Shown here one piece after another: positions 1 to 14,342 of a stretch of 64,000 bases of DNA. Source of the DNA: Harriotta raleighana (lineage: Eukaryota); assembly GCA_050575255.1 (NCBI GenBank), contig JBNZDD010013614.1:1429524-1493523 (forward strand), read 5' to 3'. Positions within the stretch are counted from its first letter, which is position 1. The number at the start of each line of letters is the position of its first letter. The notes under the pieces are model-generated. The model had not been told where the DNA came from, did not search any database, and saw only the letters and a list, made by a program, of their open reading frames with translations. The position numbers and the translations under genes are program-made.

Positions 1-45
1 ATCAAGTCACAGTTGATCGGGTTACGGATAAACAAGGTTTTACTG
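1..45. mobile_element. Right end of Tc1/mariner(Tigger)-like MITE, family A
   Basis: ...cggataaacaaggttttactg|ta matches the right terminus of the complete copies at 1162 and 30762. Confidence 0.75.
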
Positions 46-385
46 TATGTGCCATATCTCCTTCCCTTTTCTCTTTGTTTCTCACCACTTCTTGTGTCAC
101 CGCAATCTGTTTCCCACCTTCCCCACTTGCCCAAGACAGCTCTAATCAAATTCACAAAAGACATCATCTCCATCTGCAACTTGGGCTCCCTATGCCATCT
201 TGTCCTCTTTGATTCCTTTGCAACCTTTAACACTTTTTATTACTTCATTAGCCTTATAAATAAATAAATATATAATAAATAATCCTTACATTTATATAGA
301 GCTTTCCACATCTTATCGACTTCATTAGCCTTAGTGGGAAGGTAAACTGGGTCTCCTTGGAGCTGAGTTGGCCAAAAGATGACAA

Positions 386-592
386 TAATCCCTCCAAAAA
401 AAAACACAATAATAAAATTGGTCATTTCAATCTATGACTGTTTGTGGGACACTGCTGTGCGCAATTGGCTGCCGCGTTCCGCCCACAAATATACAGTCAA
501 TTCACTTTACAGTATATTCTGTGAAGCGCTTTGGGATGTTGATAAGATGTGAAAAGCGCTATATCAAATGCAAGGATTATTATTATTATTAT
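386..592 (+). mobile_element. tRNA-derived Deu-domain SINE, 3' portion
   Basis: Has the tgtttgtgggacactgctgtgcgcaattggctgccgcg core, the L2-like tail and an (att)n end; same sequence as the full copy at 38602. Confidence 0.85.
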
Positions 593-1161
593 GCTTGGGA
601 ATGGAACGTGGGAGTCAGTCCTCTGCAGTGATCCTAGTAGGCCAGTTCCTGAGCCAGGCTAGTCCAATAGTAGTCTAGGGCACTGTTGATGACAGACTAG
701 CCAGGCAGACTCATTAGCAGGACACAGAGATACTCAATGATCATTGGGGGCAGGGATTCTACCCATTTAGCTTCTGATAACTTTACAAGTCACAGGCTTA
801 ACAGATAGGGGGATCCTAATTGGACAAGCAGTTGGATGCTTGTCATACAGTGCTCTCAATGCCAAGGTGTATGCTTTTAGCTGTTGAAACTCCAGCAAAA
901 TCCGAATACACACTCTGGGATCCCCAAGCCATGGATCATGCCAGCCCTTACCAAATACTCTTTGGAATTAGGTGCAAATGACCCCAGTGATTTCCATATT
1001 TATTTGGATGACACCTAACTCTGCTTTTCTGTTTCTACCATCAAGGACCGGTGCTATCCTGACAGCTTGCTTATCAGATATCAATTGCTGAATAAGCTGT
1101 AACTTTGACCAACTCAACACTAACAACATGTCAATATGTCATGGCGTTTCACCCACGTATA

Positions 1162-1555
1162 CAGTAAAACCTTGTTTATCCGGCACGCTCGGGGGGGTCG
1201 ACTAATTGACGGTGCTGGATGAACGAGGGAGAAGTTGCCGAAAACCTGACATAAAAAATTTACTTATTTTAAAACATACCATGTTAATAATACACTACAT
1301 AGTAACAGAATATTGTGTGGATACTTACCAACAAAGCATTCCAGCACAGTCGGGGAAAAAATCGATAAACAGTATTTTTTACCAATCGGTAAAAAACCAA
1401 GTGCGTAAGTTTACTAAATGTGCATGCACACGCATTGCATGCATACGCAAAGTGAGCAAACTCACGATTCTGCAATGGGGAATTGTCCCGGGAGGGGGTT
1501 GAACAATTGAATCGAGTCACGGTTGATCGGGTCATGGATAATCGAGGTTTTACTG
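1162..1555. mobile_element. Tc1/mariner(Tigger)-like MITE, family A, nested in a SINE
   Basis: TIRs CAGTAAAACCTTGTTTATCC / GGATAATCGAGGTTTTACTG with TA on both sides; SINE sequence resumes on either flank. Confidence 0.85.
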
Positions 1556-3039
1556 TATATAGTTAATTCACTTTACAGTATACTGTATTCTAGAAGACGT
1601 CTAGAAGACATAAAAAGCACTATATCAAATGCAAGGATTATTATTATAACAACTCTTAAGGCTACCATGTTTGGCTGCCACCAGTATTCCCTCACCTCAG
1701 TCACTGACCATATCAACCTCCCCATATGTTCACTGCTCAGAGTGTTAATGTTTTGCTCTCATCAGTCAACTCTCCTTGAAACCTTTGATTCAGTCTCTGA
1801 CCACGTTCTTTCATCTTCACAACAATAATCGTCTCTATTACCTTACCCCAATATCCCAAGGCCTCATCCACACCTTGTCCACACTTGATTTCTCCAACAG
1901 CGAAATACACCTTCCACAAGGTTCAGATCAGGCAGAACTCTGCAGCTTGCACCGTGTCCCTCACGAGCACCAAGGCTCCAACTCTCCTATTCTCAACTGG
2001 CTCCCTGATCCCCAGCAGATGAACTTTAACATCTTCACTTATATATTCAAATGCTTCCACCTTCTTGTTCACGTGTAGCTCAGTGATCTCTATAGACCCT
2101 ATTTCTCAGCCAGTCCCCCTGCTTCACTGAATATGGTCTGTGTCATGCCACTCACCCGTTCTGCCCCAATCCATCTTCGAAAAATACTTCACAACATTAT
2201 TCATTTGTGAAATATGCTATTAAACTGCAAATTATTGCAATTGTATGTAAACCATGTGTGAATATATGATGCTAGCGAGGGAGAATGTATGTGTGCTGAA
2301 AATTGCAGATGATAGGAATTGTGTGTTTAAGCACTGAAAGTAATTGGTTGTGAATTATATAATTGCTGGCGCACTAATTCCCTCTGTATACATTTATTTA
2401 CAGGTGTTTTAATATACATACATTTAGACATAGCACATAATAAACCTCTCCTGCTCCACTAGTCATACAGGTGTCGAACCAAGTTGTGACCTCAAAGACT
2501 CATTATACTCCATTATTCTGTAAATGTTAAACCAGAAAGGAATACAGAATCATAAATATTGCGCGTGAAAGAGACCTGTTATCACCCCATACAGAACGAC
2601 TACCAGCCAGACCTTATCAAATCCTTGTATTGACTGACTTTCATTCCCTAGCTTCTGCGAAGAGGCAGATTTGTTAGATTCAGTCAGAAAAAGGAATGTT
2701 AACAAGGGAACAAGTTATGATACTTGCTCATGTAGCTGTCAAATAGATGGAGACATCTGTGATCTGCATCAGTAATCCAGACTGAAGAATATATGGGGAG
2801 GGCAATGAGGGAAGCACAGAGAGCAAATATCAATGACATCGAAACAACTAAAATATTTATTTTCTTCAAATAAAATATTGTGGTCTAATGTGAGCAAAAC
2901 TTTTATTATGCACTTACAGTGGTCTAGGTGTACAAAAACATCGGATCTTCAAAGAAAAGGTTTGTAGGTAGAAAACACAATCAAAGGTAAACATGATTTG
3001 GGGCGGATATATATGGTAGCAATAAATACGATTATAATA

Positions 3040-3595
3040 AAGTGATAAATTTATACAAAACATTGGTTGGACAGCATTTGGGATAATACATATAATCCTA
3101 GATTCCCATTAAAGAAAGCACATCAAAGCTATGGAAAGAATAAAGTTTGTGGTTCACAGTTATGAATGGCTGCAGATTCCATTAATAGGCTAAAAAATAT
3201 GTGGAATCCAGTTTCACAAGAACAGAGATTGTTAAGAGGGGATCTAGAGAGACTTCTAGAATACTGAAAGATTTTGAGAGGAATGGTATTGAAAGATAAT
3301 TCCAACTGATTGGTGAATCAGTCACTAAGGGCATCCATTTAGGATTGTCACCAAAAGAGTTCATGAAGTGGTTGAAATAAATATTTTCATAAGATGGAAT
3401 TGTTGGCAAAACTAGTAAATGAAGCTGAGACCATAACAATATTTAAAACAGTAACTGGATTTCTTTGAAAATAAACAATTTAATAAAAGGGAATGGAAAG
3501 AGAGCATGTGTCTTAGAGCCTATTGAACCAGTGAATGAACTGGCACCATCCTATGTTACAAGGAGCAAAAGCCTTCTTATGTATTGTAATTCTTA
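3040..3595 (+). mobile_element. Degenerate CR1 LINE 3' fragment
   Basis: Remnants resembling the CR1 ORF2 C-terminus and 3' end; collinear with the younger CR1 at 36868-37246. Confidence 0.5.
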
Positions 3596-4916
3596 TATCA
3601 CAGCGATATATCACAAATATTATAAATGGTTTCACACGAATTGATCACAGTACAGAATATAGCAGTTCTGTGTAAGTAGGGACAAATATTTATTAGTCTT
3701 GACGAGAATAGTACAACCAATTTATTTTTGTGATGAGATTTGCATGAAGATACAATTCTCTCCTGATATAGTTCATATTGTTTGTGGTCCATGATGATGA
3801 AGCAAACAACCCCCCACCAAAAAAAAAAACTCCCTCTCTGTATCTCTACCATTATTAATGTAGTTCCCGACTCCCTTAGGGAGCGTTCCATAGAGGGGTT
3901 GCTGCACTTCCAGTAAAGATTTTTTTAAAAACAGAAGATTTCACAGTAATGGAAGTGCCACTCTGAAACACAAGGAAAATAAAAATAGAAAAACATCATC
4001 CAGTTCAGTAACTCTTGCTGAAGATTGGGATAATTCATCTGTAATTGAATCACTTGGAAGTTTCATTATCTTACTCCTGACATACCCCCTACTATTGAAC
4101 CATCCAGTACCTGACCACTTTCTGGTGTGATTTGGAATTATTCACAGTGGGTGAGCTCAGGACTTATTTCCAGCCAACGTAAAAAGAAAAGAAAACCTAA
4201 TATGTGCAAATATGTGACCACGATGGCCTGGGAGAAAATTAATTTGTCTATTCTACTCTTGTAAAATAGAAAATTGTAATGTAATACATTTATAGAGAAC
4301 AAGAGCAAATCGGTTCAATAAAGATGAGTAAATATAAGATTGTTATATCCCTCCAGTGCTATTTGCCTTATGGAGGACCAGGGATAAAACATCTTAGCAT
4401 ATCCAGCTGTCTCCATGACAACAAGAAGGGAATAGTACATTCAGTTCACTAATCATATGGAATAAACTCAAAGTGGAAACGAGTACTACTTGCAGACACT
4501 GATGGTTCAATTCCATCATCTTCTGACATTAGGTCAGAAAAAAATTATTGATGACTCGTCCTGCTTGTGTAACTTACAAGGCTACAGCATATCACTTGGG
4601 AAAGGTACTTGTAGTTTTGTAATATAGCTTCACTTGGAAAATCTGTCGGCACATGTTATAAACTGGAAGCAGTAAAAGCTCCAAATTCTACTGATATAAA
4701 TGTTTCCAATTATGTTAAGCCCTAACTTCAGTAATAAGAAAATATTGACTAGTAATCTTAAGGAAGAACTGAGAACATACACGATAACATCTCATAACTA
4801 AGGAGGTACAAGAAATAGATTTAAATTCAGAGCACAGCAGCTAACTGTTCTCAGAATACAATATTATCAGAATGGCAGAATATTATTGTTGACAAAACTT
4901 CATTTCTTATTCCTAA

Positions 4917-5215
4917 CAACAACAAAACAACAAAATTACACTTGTATAGCGCCTTTCACATTGGGAGGATGTCCCAAAGCGCTGAACAGTCAGGTCGGAA
5001 CCCAAGCAGGGGGGTGGGGGGTCAGGAGTAAGGGGAGGGGAAAGGAGAGTGGGAGAGGGGGAAAAGTCAGGGGGGAGCCGAAGACGCAGTCAAAGTGGAA
5101 GGTCTTGAAACTGGCCTTGAAGTAGGAAAGGGAGGAAGCAAGGCGGACGGACTGTGGGATGGAGTTCCATAGTGTGGGGGCAGAGAGGCTGAAAGCCCGG
5201 CCACCGGTTGGATCC
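4917..5215 (-). mobile_element. L2 LINE 3' fragment
   Basis: (caa)n tail plus aattacacttgtatagcgcctttcac; minus strand reads GGRAFSLSAPTLWNSIPQSVR, the L2 ORF2 C-terminal motif. Confidence 0.8.
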
Positions 5216-7594
5216 AATCTGAATAACAATCTGAAACAAAAATATTGTTTTCATCTCACAAGCTAGAAAACTATAGTTTTATAACATTCAGCAATGCTCA
5301 CCTTTATGCAGACAGCATGCTGTTTAGCAGTGCGAAAATGCTGCTGGGAGATACAAAAATATCAAAAATACAAAAATATCTAGGAAGAATTCAGTGGTGC
5401 TCTCTGCATGAGAGACAAAAATGATCATTGCATTGCATATTTGTAATGTTCAAGGCAGTCTGATACCCTTTCCTGGTGTTGCAGACTGCAGTCATGACAT
5501 AATATAGCACTGCAACTATTTGTGAATCATTGTTCATGTCTGACTGATCTCATTCAGTAGGACAATGGCACATAGTTGATAACAGAGTATGCAGATGTTG
5601 TGTGTTCTATTTCTCTTGCAGGAGAAACTTGGATTAAAGCACCTTCAATGCAATTTTCAGTGAGTTGCTCCTCAGTGAGAAGAAGTTTATTCAGCAGTTT
5701 CTCCCTTTGCTGGCATTTCAGTCTTCATACACTTGTCCAAAAATATGATTTGTTCCCATTTGTTGTTTGTTCTCATTCAGAGGCTCAAACCATATCTCCT
5801 TTTAGCCTGTAAAACCATATTGCCTTAAATGTTAAGATTGTGCAAAACTACAGAAACTTCTTAAATTCTTAAATTAATCTTCATTTGGAAGTTGATTTTC
5901 CACAATTATCAAAAAGAACTGTTTTCTAAATTAAAACTGATTTGAAATTTTTTTCTGTAATTATGCACAACCTTAAATTTGAAGACAATGGTTTTACAAG
6001 ATCCAGCTTTGGGGAATTTGAGCAAAATTCAGCAAAATTCAGAAAGAGGTTACCAGATAGATTATCAGAGGTTCAATTACCGCTTCCCTTCAGTTCAAGT
6101 AATGCTTAAGCAGATTCAGCAGTATGTTTGTAATATAGCTCATTCATTCTTTATTACTCAACAAATCATCATCTACAGATCTGATGTACACTGTGTCAAC
6201 AGTAAAGTAAATTTTTGTTTGTATTTTCATAGAATCATAGACATTAATAACATAACAGATGGACATTTTGCCCTTCAAGCCTGTATTGGTGCAAGTTCAT
6301 CCACTGGGATAAACTATTTTGAAACCACAAGTACATGAGGAAGAAAGAAACAGAGTGGGGGGTGAAGGGGGTGTGGAGTATAAATATAAATATCATCACC
6401 TATTACCAGAGCCAAATAGCTTGTTTCTGTGCCATATAACTCTAAGTATATAATAAATTATAAAATATGAATGTATAATACTCAAATTAATCCTCATCAA
6501 TAGTTAAGTTATTATTTTTTTTAAATCCCACGCTTTGCAAGTCATAAATTATTGCTTCTAATATTGTGTCGACCCATTTTTATAACTTTGAGAATTTTAG
6601 AATGTGCTTTGACAAGATCCATACAATGTTCTCAAGTATTGTCACCACTGCAGATATTAAGCTGTGATTTCTATGCTTAAGTTTCATTCCTTATTTGAAT
6701 CAGTGGATAAAATTATCAATCCTTCTTTCATCAAGTGTTTGCAGAGCTTCTCAAATTATTAGTGATACTTGCAACTATTTGTTCAAACTTACATAACCAT
6801 ACTTTAAACAACTTAATTTCCCTGAATACTGTTATTCACTCTCCCTTTTAGTTGTATACACCGGACATCCTGGACCAAAGCACACTTGCAAAATACTGTA
6901 CATACTATCTGTGCATTCATGTGTCACTTCTCCAGGCACCAGCACTTTACCCAACCTGTTACAGTTCTCACAGTCACCTGCGTTCCTCCAATACTGGGGA
7001 TGCACTGCTTATACTGCATGAGAGTGAAGCAAAATGGTTTCATGTGATTGTTTTGCTGTGATTAAGTATTACAGCAGTATGCTGGATGGAAGGCATCAGT
7101 CTAGTCATGATGTATTAAATGAGAGGTCATCTAATAAAGTGCAATATGCTGACACCAAGAACCTTAGCAGCTTGAGGGCTTCCCAATGGAGAATATCACA
7201 TCTGCTATCTGTCAAATGGGTTCTAATCTCCAAGGAGCCATCATTGTTGGTTTTTAAAACCTTGGACATGGACTTCAGTCAACCATGAGTAAATGTGTCA
7301 GAGATCTCATAGATGTGCCATGTTCAGTCCTCAAAAGGTCTACTGCTGTCTATGAGTATATAGCCTCCACCAATAACATTCTCAGACTGCTGGAGAGAAT
7401 GTGAGTGGAAACTCAAACCAGCAGGTGGCTTTTCAAGGTACAGATCCCTATCACACATTTAGCTATCTACAATTTAGTGGAGCTTTCCATAGTAACAATT
7501 GTCAACCATCTGCACCCTGTCCCACTACCATCAAGGATTGTCCATAATCCCAAACTGTATCTCTCCAGTTCAATCAAGTGCATGTAACCCAGTT

Positions 7595-7830
7595 GAATCT
7601 GCCCCCAACCTCTGGAACTCCATCCGGCAGTCACTCCGCCTCGCCCCCTCCCAGGTCTCCTTCAAGTCCCGCCTCAAGACTCTCCTCTTCGACGGTCCCA
7701 TTGGCCACTCCAAATGCCTCCCTTTCCCTCCACCCTCCCTGTCCCCAGTTCAGGTCTGAAACAATGACTGTCCAGCACCTTGTGACTTCCTCCTGACGTG
7801 ATGAGATACAAGTGTAATTTTGTTGTTGTT
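7595..7830 (+). mobile_element. L2 LINE 3' fragment
   Basis: APNLWNSIRQSLRLAPSQVSFKSRLKTLLF followed by the L2 tail and (gtt)n. Confidence 0.8.
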
Positions 7831-8089
7831 GAATATGATATTTCTATTTGGTGCTGGTATAGTATTTCGCCTACAAATATACTTTCAATTTTTCCTACAT
7901 TCCTTCCCTCGACCCCTCCCCCACCCTGCCCTAATCCCTACTTGACCGTATAGCACCTTGGGCATCCTACCAATGTGAAAGGCACTGTATAAATGTAATT
8001 TTGATTGATTGATTGAGTAGATCTCCATTGTAACATGAATAGTTTGGATCCATAAAATCTTAGCCAGTGCTATAACAACAGTAGTTTAA

Positions 8090-8440
8090 CAGGTCAGTGC
8101 TGGTATCATTTCAGCTTCTGAATTGGAAGCTGTGAGTTCAAGTATCACATCAGGACTTTGAACTCACCATCTCTCCAATGTAGTTCCAGAAGTGTTCTGC
8201 GGTGTGGGAGATGCCATGTTTTGCATGAGACGTTAAACCGGGGTTCCACCTGCCTGTTCAGGTGGACATTAAGATCACATAGTACAATTCTAAAAGAGAA
8301 TGGAGTTTTCTCCCATTGTACTGACTAACAATCCCCAGGTAAAATATTCATTAATTTTATGGCTGTTTGTGGGATGTGATATACATAAATTGGCTGCTGG
8401 GTTTGACTACAAAATACAAATAGAAAAATCACTGGCACTG
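8090..8440 (+). mobile_element. Older full-length Deu-domain SINE (SacSINE1-like)
   Basis: Degenerate tRNA head (gtgagttcaagt), then atgagacgttaaaccg...cctgttcaggtggacatt, then ggctgtttgtgggatg...aaattggctgc. Similar old copies lie near 26490-26780 and 42930-43260. Confidence 0.6.
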
Positions 8441-8809
8441 ATGACCAGGAAATCAGCAATTTTGCCTTCTGGTCACCAGCCAGCATTGAAGCACCGTTAC
8501 AGCTGGCAAACACATCTTTGATCTTTTTTGTGTACAATGCTGTGTCACCAAATGACTATCATAATTAAATTGGTTATGTTGGGGTTCGACTGCAGAATGG
8601 AAGTACGAAGAGCAAAAGTACATCATGAAAGTATATCAGTAAAATCAAGGAACATTGTGGGTTTAAGGTCCATGATGAGACTTTGAGCTCCTAATCTATG
8701 CTACACTCCAATACAGTGCTGAGAGAATATTGTATTATCAGAGGTAGATGAAATGTTAAGTCAAGGTCCTGTCTGCATGTTCAGGTAATATAATTTCTAC
8801 ATATATAGT

Positions 8810-9150
8810 GTCTTTCACATCAAGAGTGCTTTGCAATTCTGGCTGAGCACTAGAGCTGTGGATGAGAGCTGAAGGGAGTGAAGAGGGGAAAGATGACCGA
8901 CAGTGTAGGCAAATACATACTTTTTGAAGTGTAGCTTGAAAGAGAGGAGGGAGAGCGCACATCAGATGGACCTGGGAATGGCGCTCAGAGCACGGGTGCC
9001 AAGTGGCTGAAAGTCTACCTGCTAGAATGGTTGATTTGGGATAGACAGTGTCTGCTGAATCAAGAGAACAGGATCTTGAACTTGATCTGCTGAGGGATGG
9101 GGAGCTGATGAAGCTGAGCAAGGATGGTGTGATAGGTTTGTGAAGCACAG
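8810..9150 (-). mobile_element. L2 LINE fragment
   Basis: Minus strand reads TILAQLHQLPIPQQIKFKIL, the L2 ORF2 motif LHWLP...I.FK. Confidence 0.65.
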
Positions 9151-10105
9151 TATTGGAGAGGACACTCACAGTAATAAATTACACCTTTTGAAAAGAGCAT
9201 CTCCCATCTGGCCAACAATCCTCCAGAAAAAAAATGACTGGCCAGATACACAGTTTACAGTGAAAATCGTATGAATATGATCTCACAGATTCTAGGGTGG
9301 GCTGATAATCAAAAGCAGTGCTGAGGTGAGCTGCATGTCAGAAGTGCATTCCTTCAGATGAGACGTTAAAATGAGTTCCCATCTGTCTGTTCGAACATTA
9401 AGTATAGGAATATGGGATTAGGACATGGCAGTGGGATTGAAATATCAGTTTGCTCTGAGAGCTGGTGCTCACTTCTTAACCCTAACCAGTATCATTATGG
9501 GAGCAATTACTTAGAAGTGTAGGTCGTTTGAGTCAATAAAACCTGTTTCCAGTCGGTGGAAAGATTCCCTATTTGAGTGACTCAGACACTTTTTAAGGAA
9601 TCCTATCAATGAAGAACCCCAGATTAAACATTTGTTTAATTTTTATTTGTTTTATTTGTTTAAAGACAAAATTCAGTTTTTCTGCTTTTAGTTCTTGGTA
9701 TTCTGATTTTCTTAAACTTTCCACATACTGTACTCGCTAATATTTTCCATTGATTATAAATGTGATGTGTAGATTTAATAGTTATCATCCAATACCAGCA
9801 CAAAGGTGTATTTATTACATTATTCTGCAAGTAAAATGAAGAATTTTGATCTCAGTGGATGTACCAGTGGCTTCTGTAGATGAAAACAGTTATCAGAAGC
9901 AAAACAACAGCTGCTTAGTATTCAGCCAGTTTCATTTTGCCCATTGTTTCACTCATGCAGAACAATCCTTGAACTGGAATTCATTTGGATGACATTCTAT
10001 GCAACAGAGTACGAACCAACAAAAACTGCAAATTATCCTGTGAACTGTCAGTCAAAGAGGTTTATTTTTAAACAATTATAAAGATGTTCCATGCTTCTTT
10101 TTCAG

Positions 10106-10188
10106 AATCACAACTACAGCTGCTTGCATGATGGACCTGCGGAGGTATCCCTTAGATGAACAGAACTGCACGCTGGAAATCGAGAGCT
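10106..10188 (+). CDS. gabrb1: GABA-A receptor beta subunit, exon 5 equivalent (Cys-loop)
   Basis: ttttttcag|A ATC ACA ACT... encodes [27 protein letters not shown] and ends at a gtaagt donor; 83 nt, the length of GABRB exon 5. Confidence 0.96.
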
Positions 10189-10528
10189 GTAAGTTGACTT
10201 CAAAGCAACAAATTGCCAGTTACAATGAGAAGCAGTATTCAAGCGAGGTTAGAAAAATTGCTCTTTTTTTTTACACATAACATTATTGAGACAAGGAAGA
10301 GCTCACCAAAGAATGGATGGTTGAAATAGAATCCATAGTAGATTTCAAAGGAACAGAGAAAAATATTTGAAAAATTATACATAGTGTGGAGGAAGGACCG
10401 GAGAAACGAGTTGGACTAATTGGGTAGCTTTTACAGTGCTAGCAATATTCTGTGCTGTAATATTTTATGATTCTTTGAGGTTAGCTTGATGCGTATCATG
10501 GGTGCAATCTGTGCAAGTTTAACTTTAT

Positions 10529-11670
10529 CAACAACAACAACAACAACAACAACTTCAATTTATATAGTGCCCTCCACGCCGGATGGCGTCTCAGGGTGCT
10601 TCAAAATAGCGGATCCCGAGACCGAGCCAGAGACAGAAAGGTGACCAAAAGCGCGGTCGAAGAGAAAGATTTTCAGCTGTGACCTGAAACTGGGAAGAGA
10701 GGGGAAGGGAGTGAGGAAGGGAGTTCCAGAGCCTCGGGGCATAGTGGCTGAAGGCACGGCCGCCGAGGGTGGGGCGGAGGATTCGGGAGACATGGAGGAG
10801 GCCAGACCCAGAGGAGCGAAGGCAGCAGGTGCTGGTTTGGGGGGAGAGATCAGAGAGATAGGGGAGTGCAGAGGAGTGGAGGGATTTGAAAACAAGGGTG
10901 AGGATCTTGAAGTCGATCCTCTCTGGGATAGGGAGCCAGTGAAGGCAAGGACTGGGGTAATGGGGGAAATTTGCGCTCATCCAGCTCCTGATGTCTGAAA
11001 GGCAGGCTGACAGAACATCAGGGGACTGGGGGTCACAAAGTGAAGTGGAGAAATAGAGTTGCGTGTCATCTGCCTACATGTGGAAATGCGCCCCATGTCG
11101 GTGGATGACGTCCCCAAGAGGGAGCGTATAGATGAGGAAAAGGAGGGGGCCAAGGATGGATCCCTGGGGGACCCCACAGGTAACTGGGTAAGAGAGGAGG
11201 AAAAACCGTTTGTGGAGATGTACTGCTGGCAGTTTGTGAGGTAGGACTCGAACCAGGCGAGTGCGGTCCCACTGACGGAGGGCAGGTGGTGCAGGAGGAT
11301 GGCGTTATCAACTGTGTCGAACACAGCTGACAGGTCCAGGAGGATAAGGAGGTAGAGGGAGCCCTGGTCACAGATAGAGAGGATGTCGTTTGTGACTTTC
11401 TCAAGTGCGGTCTCTGTACTGTGGGCAGGGCTTAAACCAGACTGGAAGGATTCGAAGAGGGAGTGGGAGGAGAGATGGGCGTGGAGTTGGTTTGCAACAA
11501 CGGGTTCCAGTGCTTTTGAAAGGAAGGGCAGGTTAGAAATAGGGCGGTAGTGGCTGGGATTTGAGGGATCTAGGGAATTTTTTTTAAGGAGGGGGGTGAT
11601 AACAGCAGTTTTGAGGGGGGCAAGGACTGATCCGGTGGAGAGGGACTGCTTGATGAGGGAATGGTCGTTT
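10529..11670 (-). mobile_element. 5'-truncated L2 LINE with frameshifted reverse transcriptase
   Basis: (aac)n tail; RT motifs YRPISNLPFLSK, FQSG..HSTETAL, LLDLSAVFDTVD, ADDTQLY, LHWLPIPERIDFKIL, GGRAFSHYAPRLWNSLP. Confidence 0.92.
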
Positions 11671-11889
11671 GGAAATATTTCGGGCAGGTGTTTACTAAGG
11701 TGCCACATGTTAACGCTGAATGGACCAGAAACACATTGGTCTAGGAGACATGAAGAAAAACATTGTTAAACATTGGTTTTGCTTATTCTACCCACCCCAC
11801 CTGCAAGCGGACATATTTTCTCCCCATCCTCCCTTACTTTCTGGAATTCAGTAAACAGAGTGCCTCCCTCTGGGGACAGAGGTTGTATT

Positions 11890-12260
11890 TATTAATAATA
11901 ATTCTTGGAATTGATATAGTGCCTTATCATATCTTTTAGATGTCTTAAAGTACTTCACAGAATATACTGTAATGAATTGACTTTATATTTTGTGGGTGAA
12001 ACAGGGCAGCCAATTGTGCACAGCAGTGTCTCACAAGCAGTAGTGGATTGAGCGACCAAATTTTTATTCTTTTTAAAGGGATTATTATCCCTTGAAGAGG
12101 GATCTGCTAATTGATTAGCATCTAGATTTCTACTTTCTGCTAAGTAAACAGAGGTGTGTGGAATAAGGAAACTTGCCCAACGTATCATCCTGCTGGGAAT
12201 TTAACCCAGTTCCTCTCACTTGCTAGGCGGGTGCTCTAACCACAAAGCTACAGAACTCCA
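11890..12260 (-). mobile_element. tRNA-derived Deu SINE (longer internal variant)
   Basis: Reverse complement of the ggagt..tgtagct head through to the (att)n tail, with an extra internal segment. Confidence 0.8.
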
Positions 12261-14342
12261 CTAGACAAAGGTCAGGAAGAGCCAAGACTTAGGGATCCGA
12301 TATTTGTGTTTGAATATGTTGAACCAGCTAAATCTGCATAGCTTGCTATTGAAATCACTGTCTGGCAACTTCCGACTGATTGTCCAGCTATGACCACCCT
12401 GCACCTTACCTGGCTGCAAGGTTAATAGCAACTGATTGGAAAGAATTTCTACTCCCAGTGACCAACATTCCCCTCCAAACTAAACTGGCTGTGTCCTCCT
12501 GTATGTCCCTCAAGACCTCCCTTCCACCATCGATGGCTGCATATTTAGCCACCACATCCCAAATCTCTGGAACATTCTTCCTCTATCCCTCCTCAGCCTT
12601 GCCCCTTCCTTCCCCATCTACAGTTCTCCCCTGAACGCCTTTGTCTTTAATCATGCCTAACATCAACCCTGGTTTAACATTTAATCTAAAGACGGCATCC
12701 ATACTACACACTGCATTAGAGTGTCAATTTAGACAAAGTGATTACAAGTCCCGATGTAAGGCTTGAGCCCAAATATTTCTGACTCACCAGCAAGAGTGTT
12801 GTTACCACTCAGACAGGCGGACAGTTTCACCCAAATTCCCTGATCTATCCTGAGCGGTTTGTAATTCATCAGGGGGTTCCTTCGTAACTCCACAATTTGC
12901 AGCCAGCAGCTTAACTCTCCTCTGCTGCCAAGATGTCTGCTGCACTTCAGCATTTTTGTTTCCATAATATTTTTATAAGATTATTCATTCTGATTGAAAC
13001 ATTTTGATTAAAATAATCCTTATCAAAATCCTGCTGAAATTTCAAACAACACAAGAATAATAGTGTTTTATTCTGAAAACTGGTTGAAATTATTACCTTT
13101 TGGTGCCATAAATTTAGATCTATATAATATCTGGTGGTGTATGATTATTCCGGTGGAGCAAAAGTTAATTTGGTCACCATCATATGTCATTATAATTGTT
13201 CTCCTAAACTGCATTATGGGATCTTATAAATACTTATATGTTTTCTAAAAGGGATCTTTTCTGCATCTAAACAGAAAGATAACAGTTTGTCAATAAACAA
13301 CATCTCTGACAATGAAGCACTTCCCAGCATTGTACTATCATCAGCCTAGACTCCACATCTAGAGCTGAACCCACAATCTTTTGACCCAGAGACCAGAATG
13401 CTTTCAACTGAACTAGGGTGTCACCTGAGGCCTTTGTAAATCAAATAGCCACTGCTATGCTTAACCTTGAGATGTTCCTGTTGTAACATCCATTCTAGCA
13501 GCAACTAAATATGTTTGTTTTTGAGCTACAAACACAAGTTTTGTGATAATGGGTGATAAAATACTCTACCTCTGTGAATCACAGGGCCAAAATGACAGTT
13601 GTGACAATATTAGTGAGCAATTAGATCAATGACATGTTAAATCTGTCTTCAAACAGTTTTTTTCAGCCAGCATCAAATCACTGCCGCATTAAGGATTTTA
13701 ATTAGCATTCTTTAAGATTTTGGCTTCCTGGCTTTATTCGTATTTGAATAAACGTCTGCAGGCAACACCAATTAGGGGTTCAGACAGGGTGCTAAACCCC
13801 AAACCTAGTGCTATGGATGTAGGCTCTCCACTTATGTTTTTTTTTAAAAAGATGCCGCAAAAAAAAGTGAATGAGAATGAATTTACAATTTACTTTGAAG
13901 GAACAGGATGGAGTATTTAATTATTTTATAACTACACTGAATTGTAGTTGAATGCTTTTCTATTATTATATAGTAATATCAACAATGAGGTGACAACTAT
14001 TGTTTGTTTTCTGGTACAACTCCCGCCCTCCTAATCCAAGTCAATTTTTATTCCACAAAGGCAAAATTCTTCCTGAAGCAAGAACTGACATCATAATGCT
14101 GCCAGCGGCACCTCAACCTTTGAGAAACTGATTCCTCTGAACATATAGAAATAGCTTTCATAAAGGAAAATCTCTTTCCCCATCTTATTTTACGGTTGAA
14201 TTCACCTTGTATTCTCTTGTCTATTATCTGCAAAACTGCAGTCCTACAGGCAATAATTTATTACACAGCTGATTGCTTGTGATGTGGAAGCTTCTTGTGA
14301 TAAAGTTGCTTGATTGTTTTACGAACGGAAGAACTATGAATA

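Noticed and set aside
434-631. Recurrent MTVCGTLLCAIGC...KCKDYYY ORFs (also 17210, 38049, 38765)
   Set aside because: Translations of the SINE body; non-coding.
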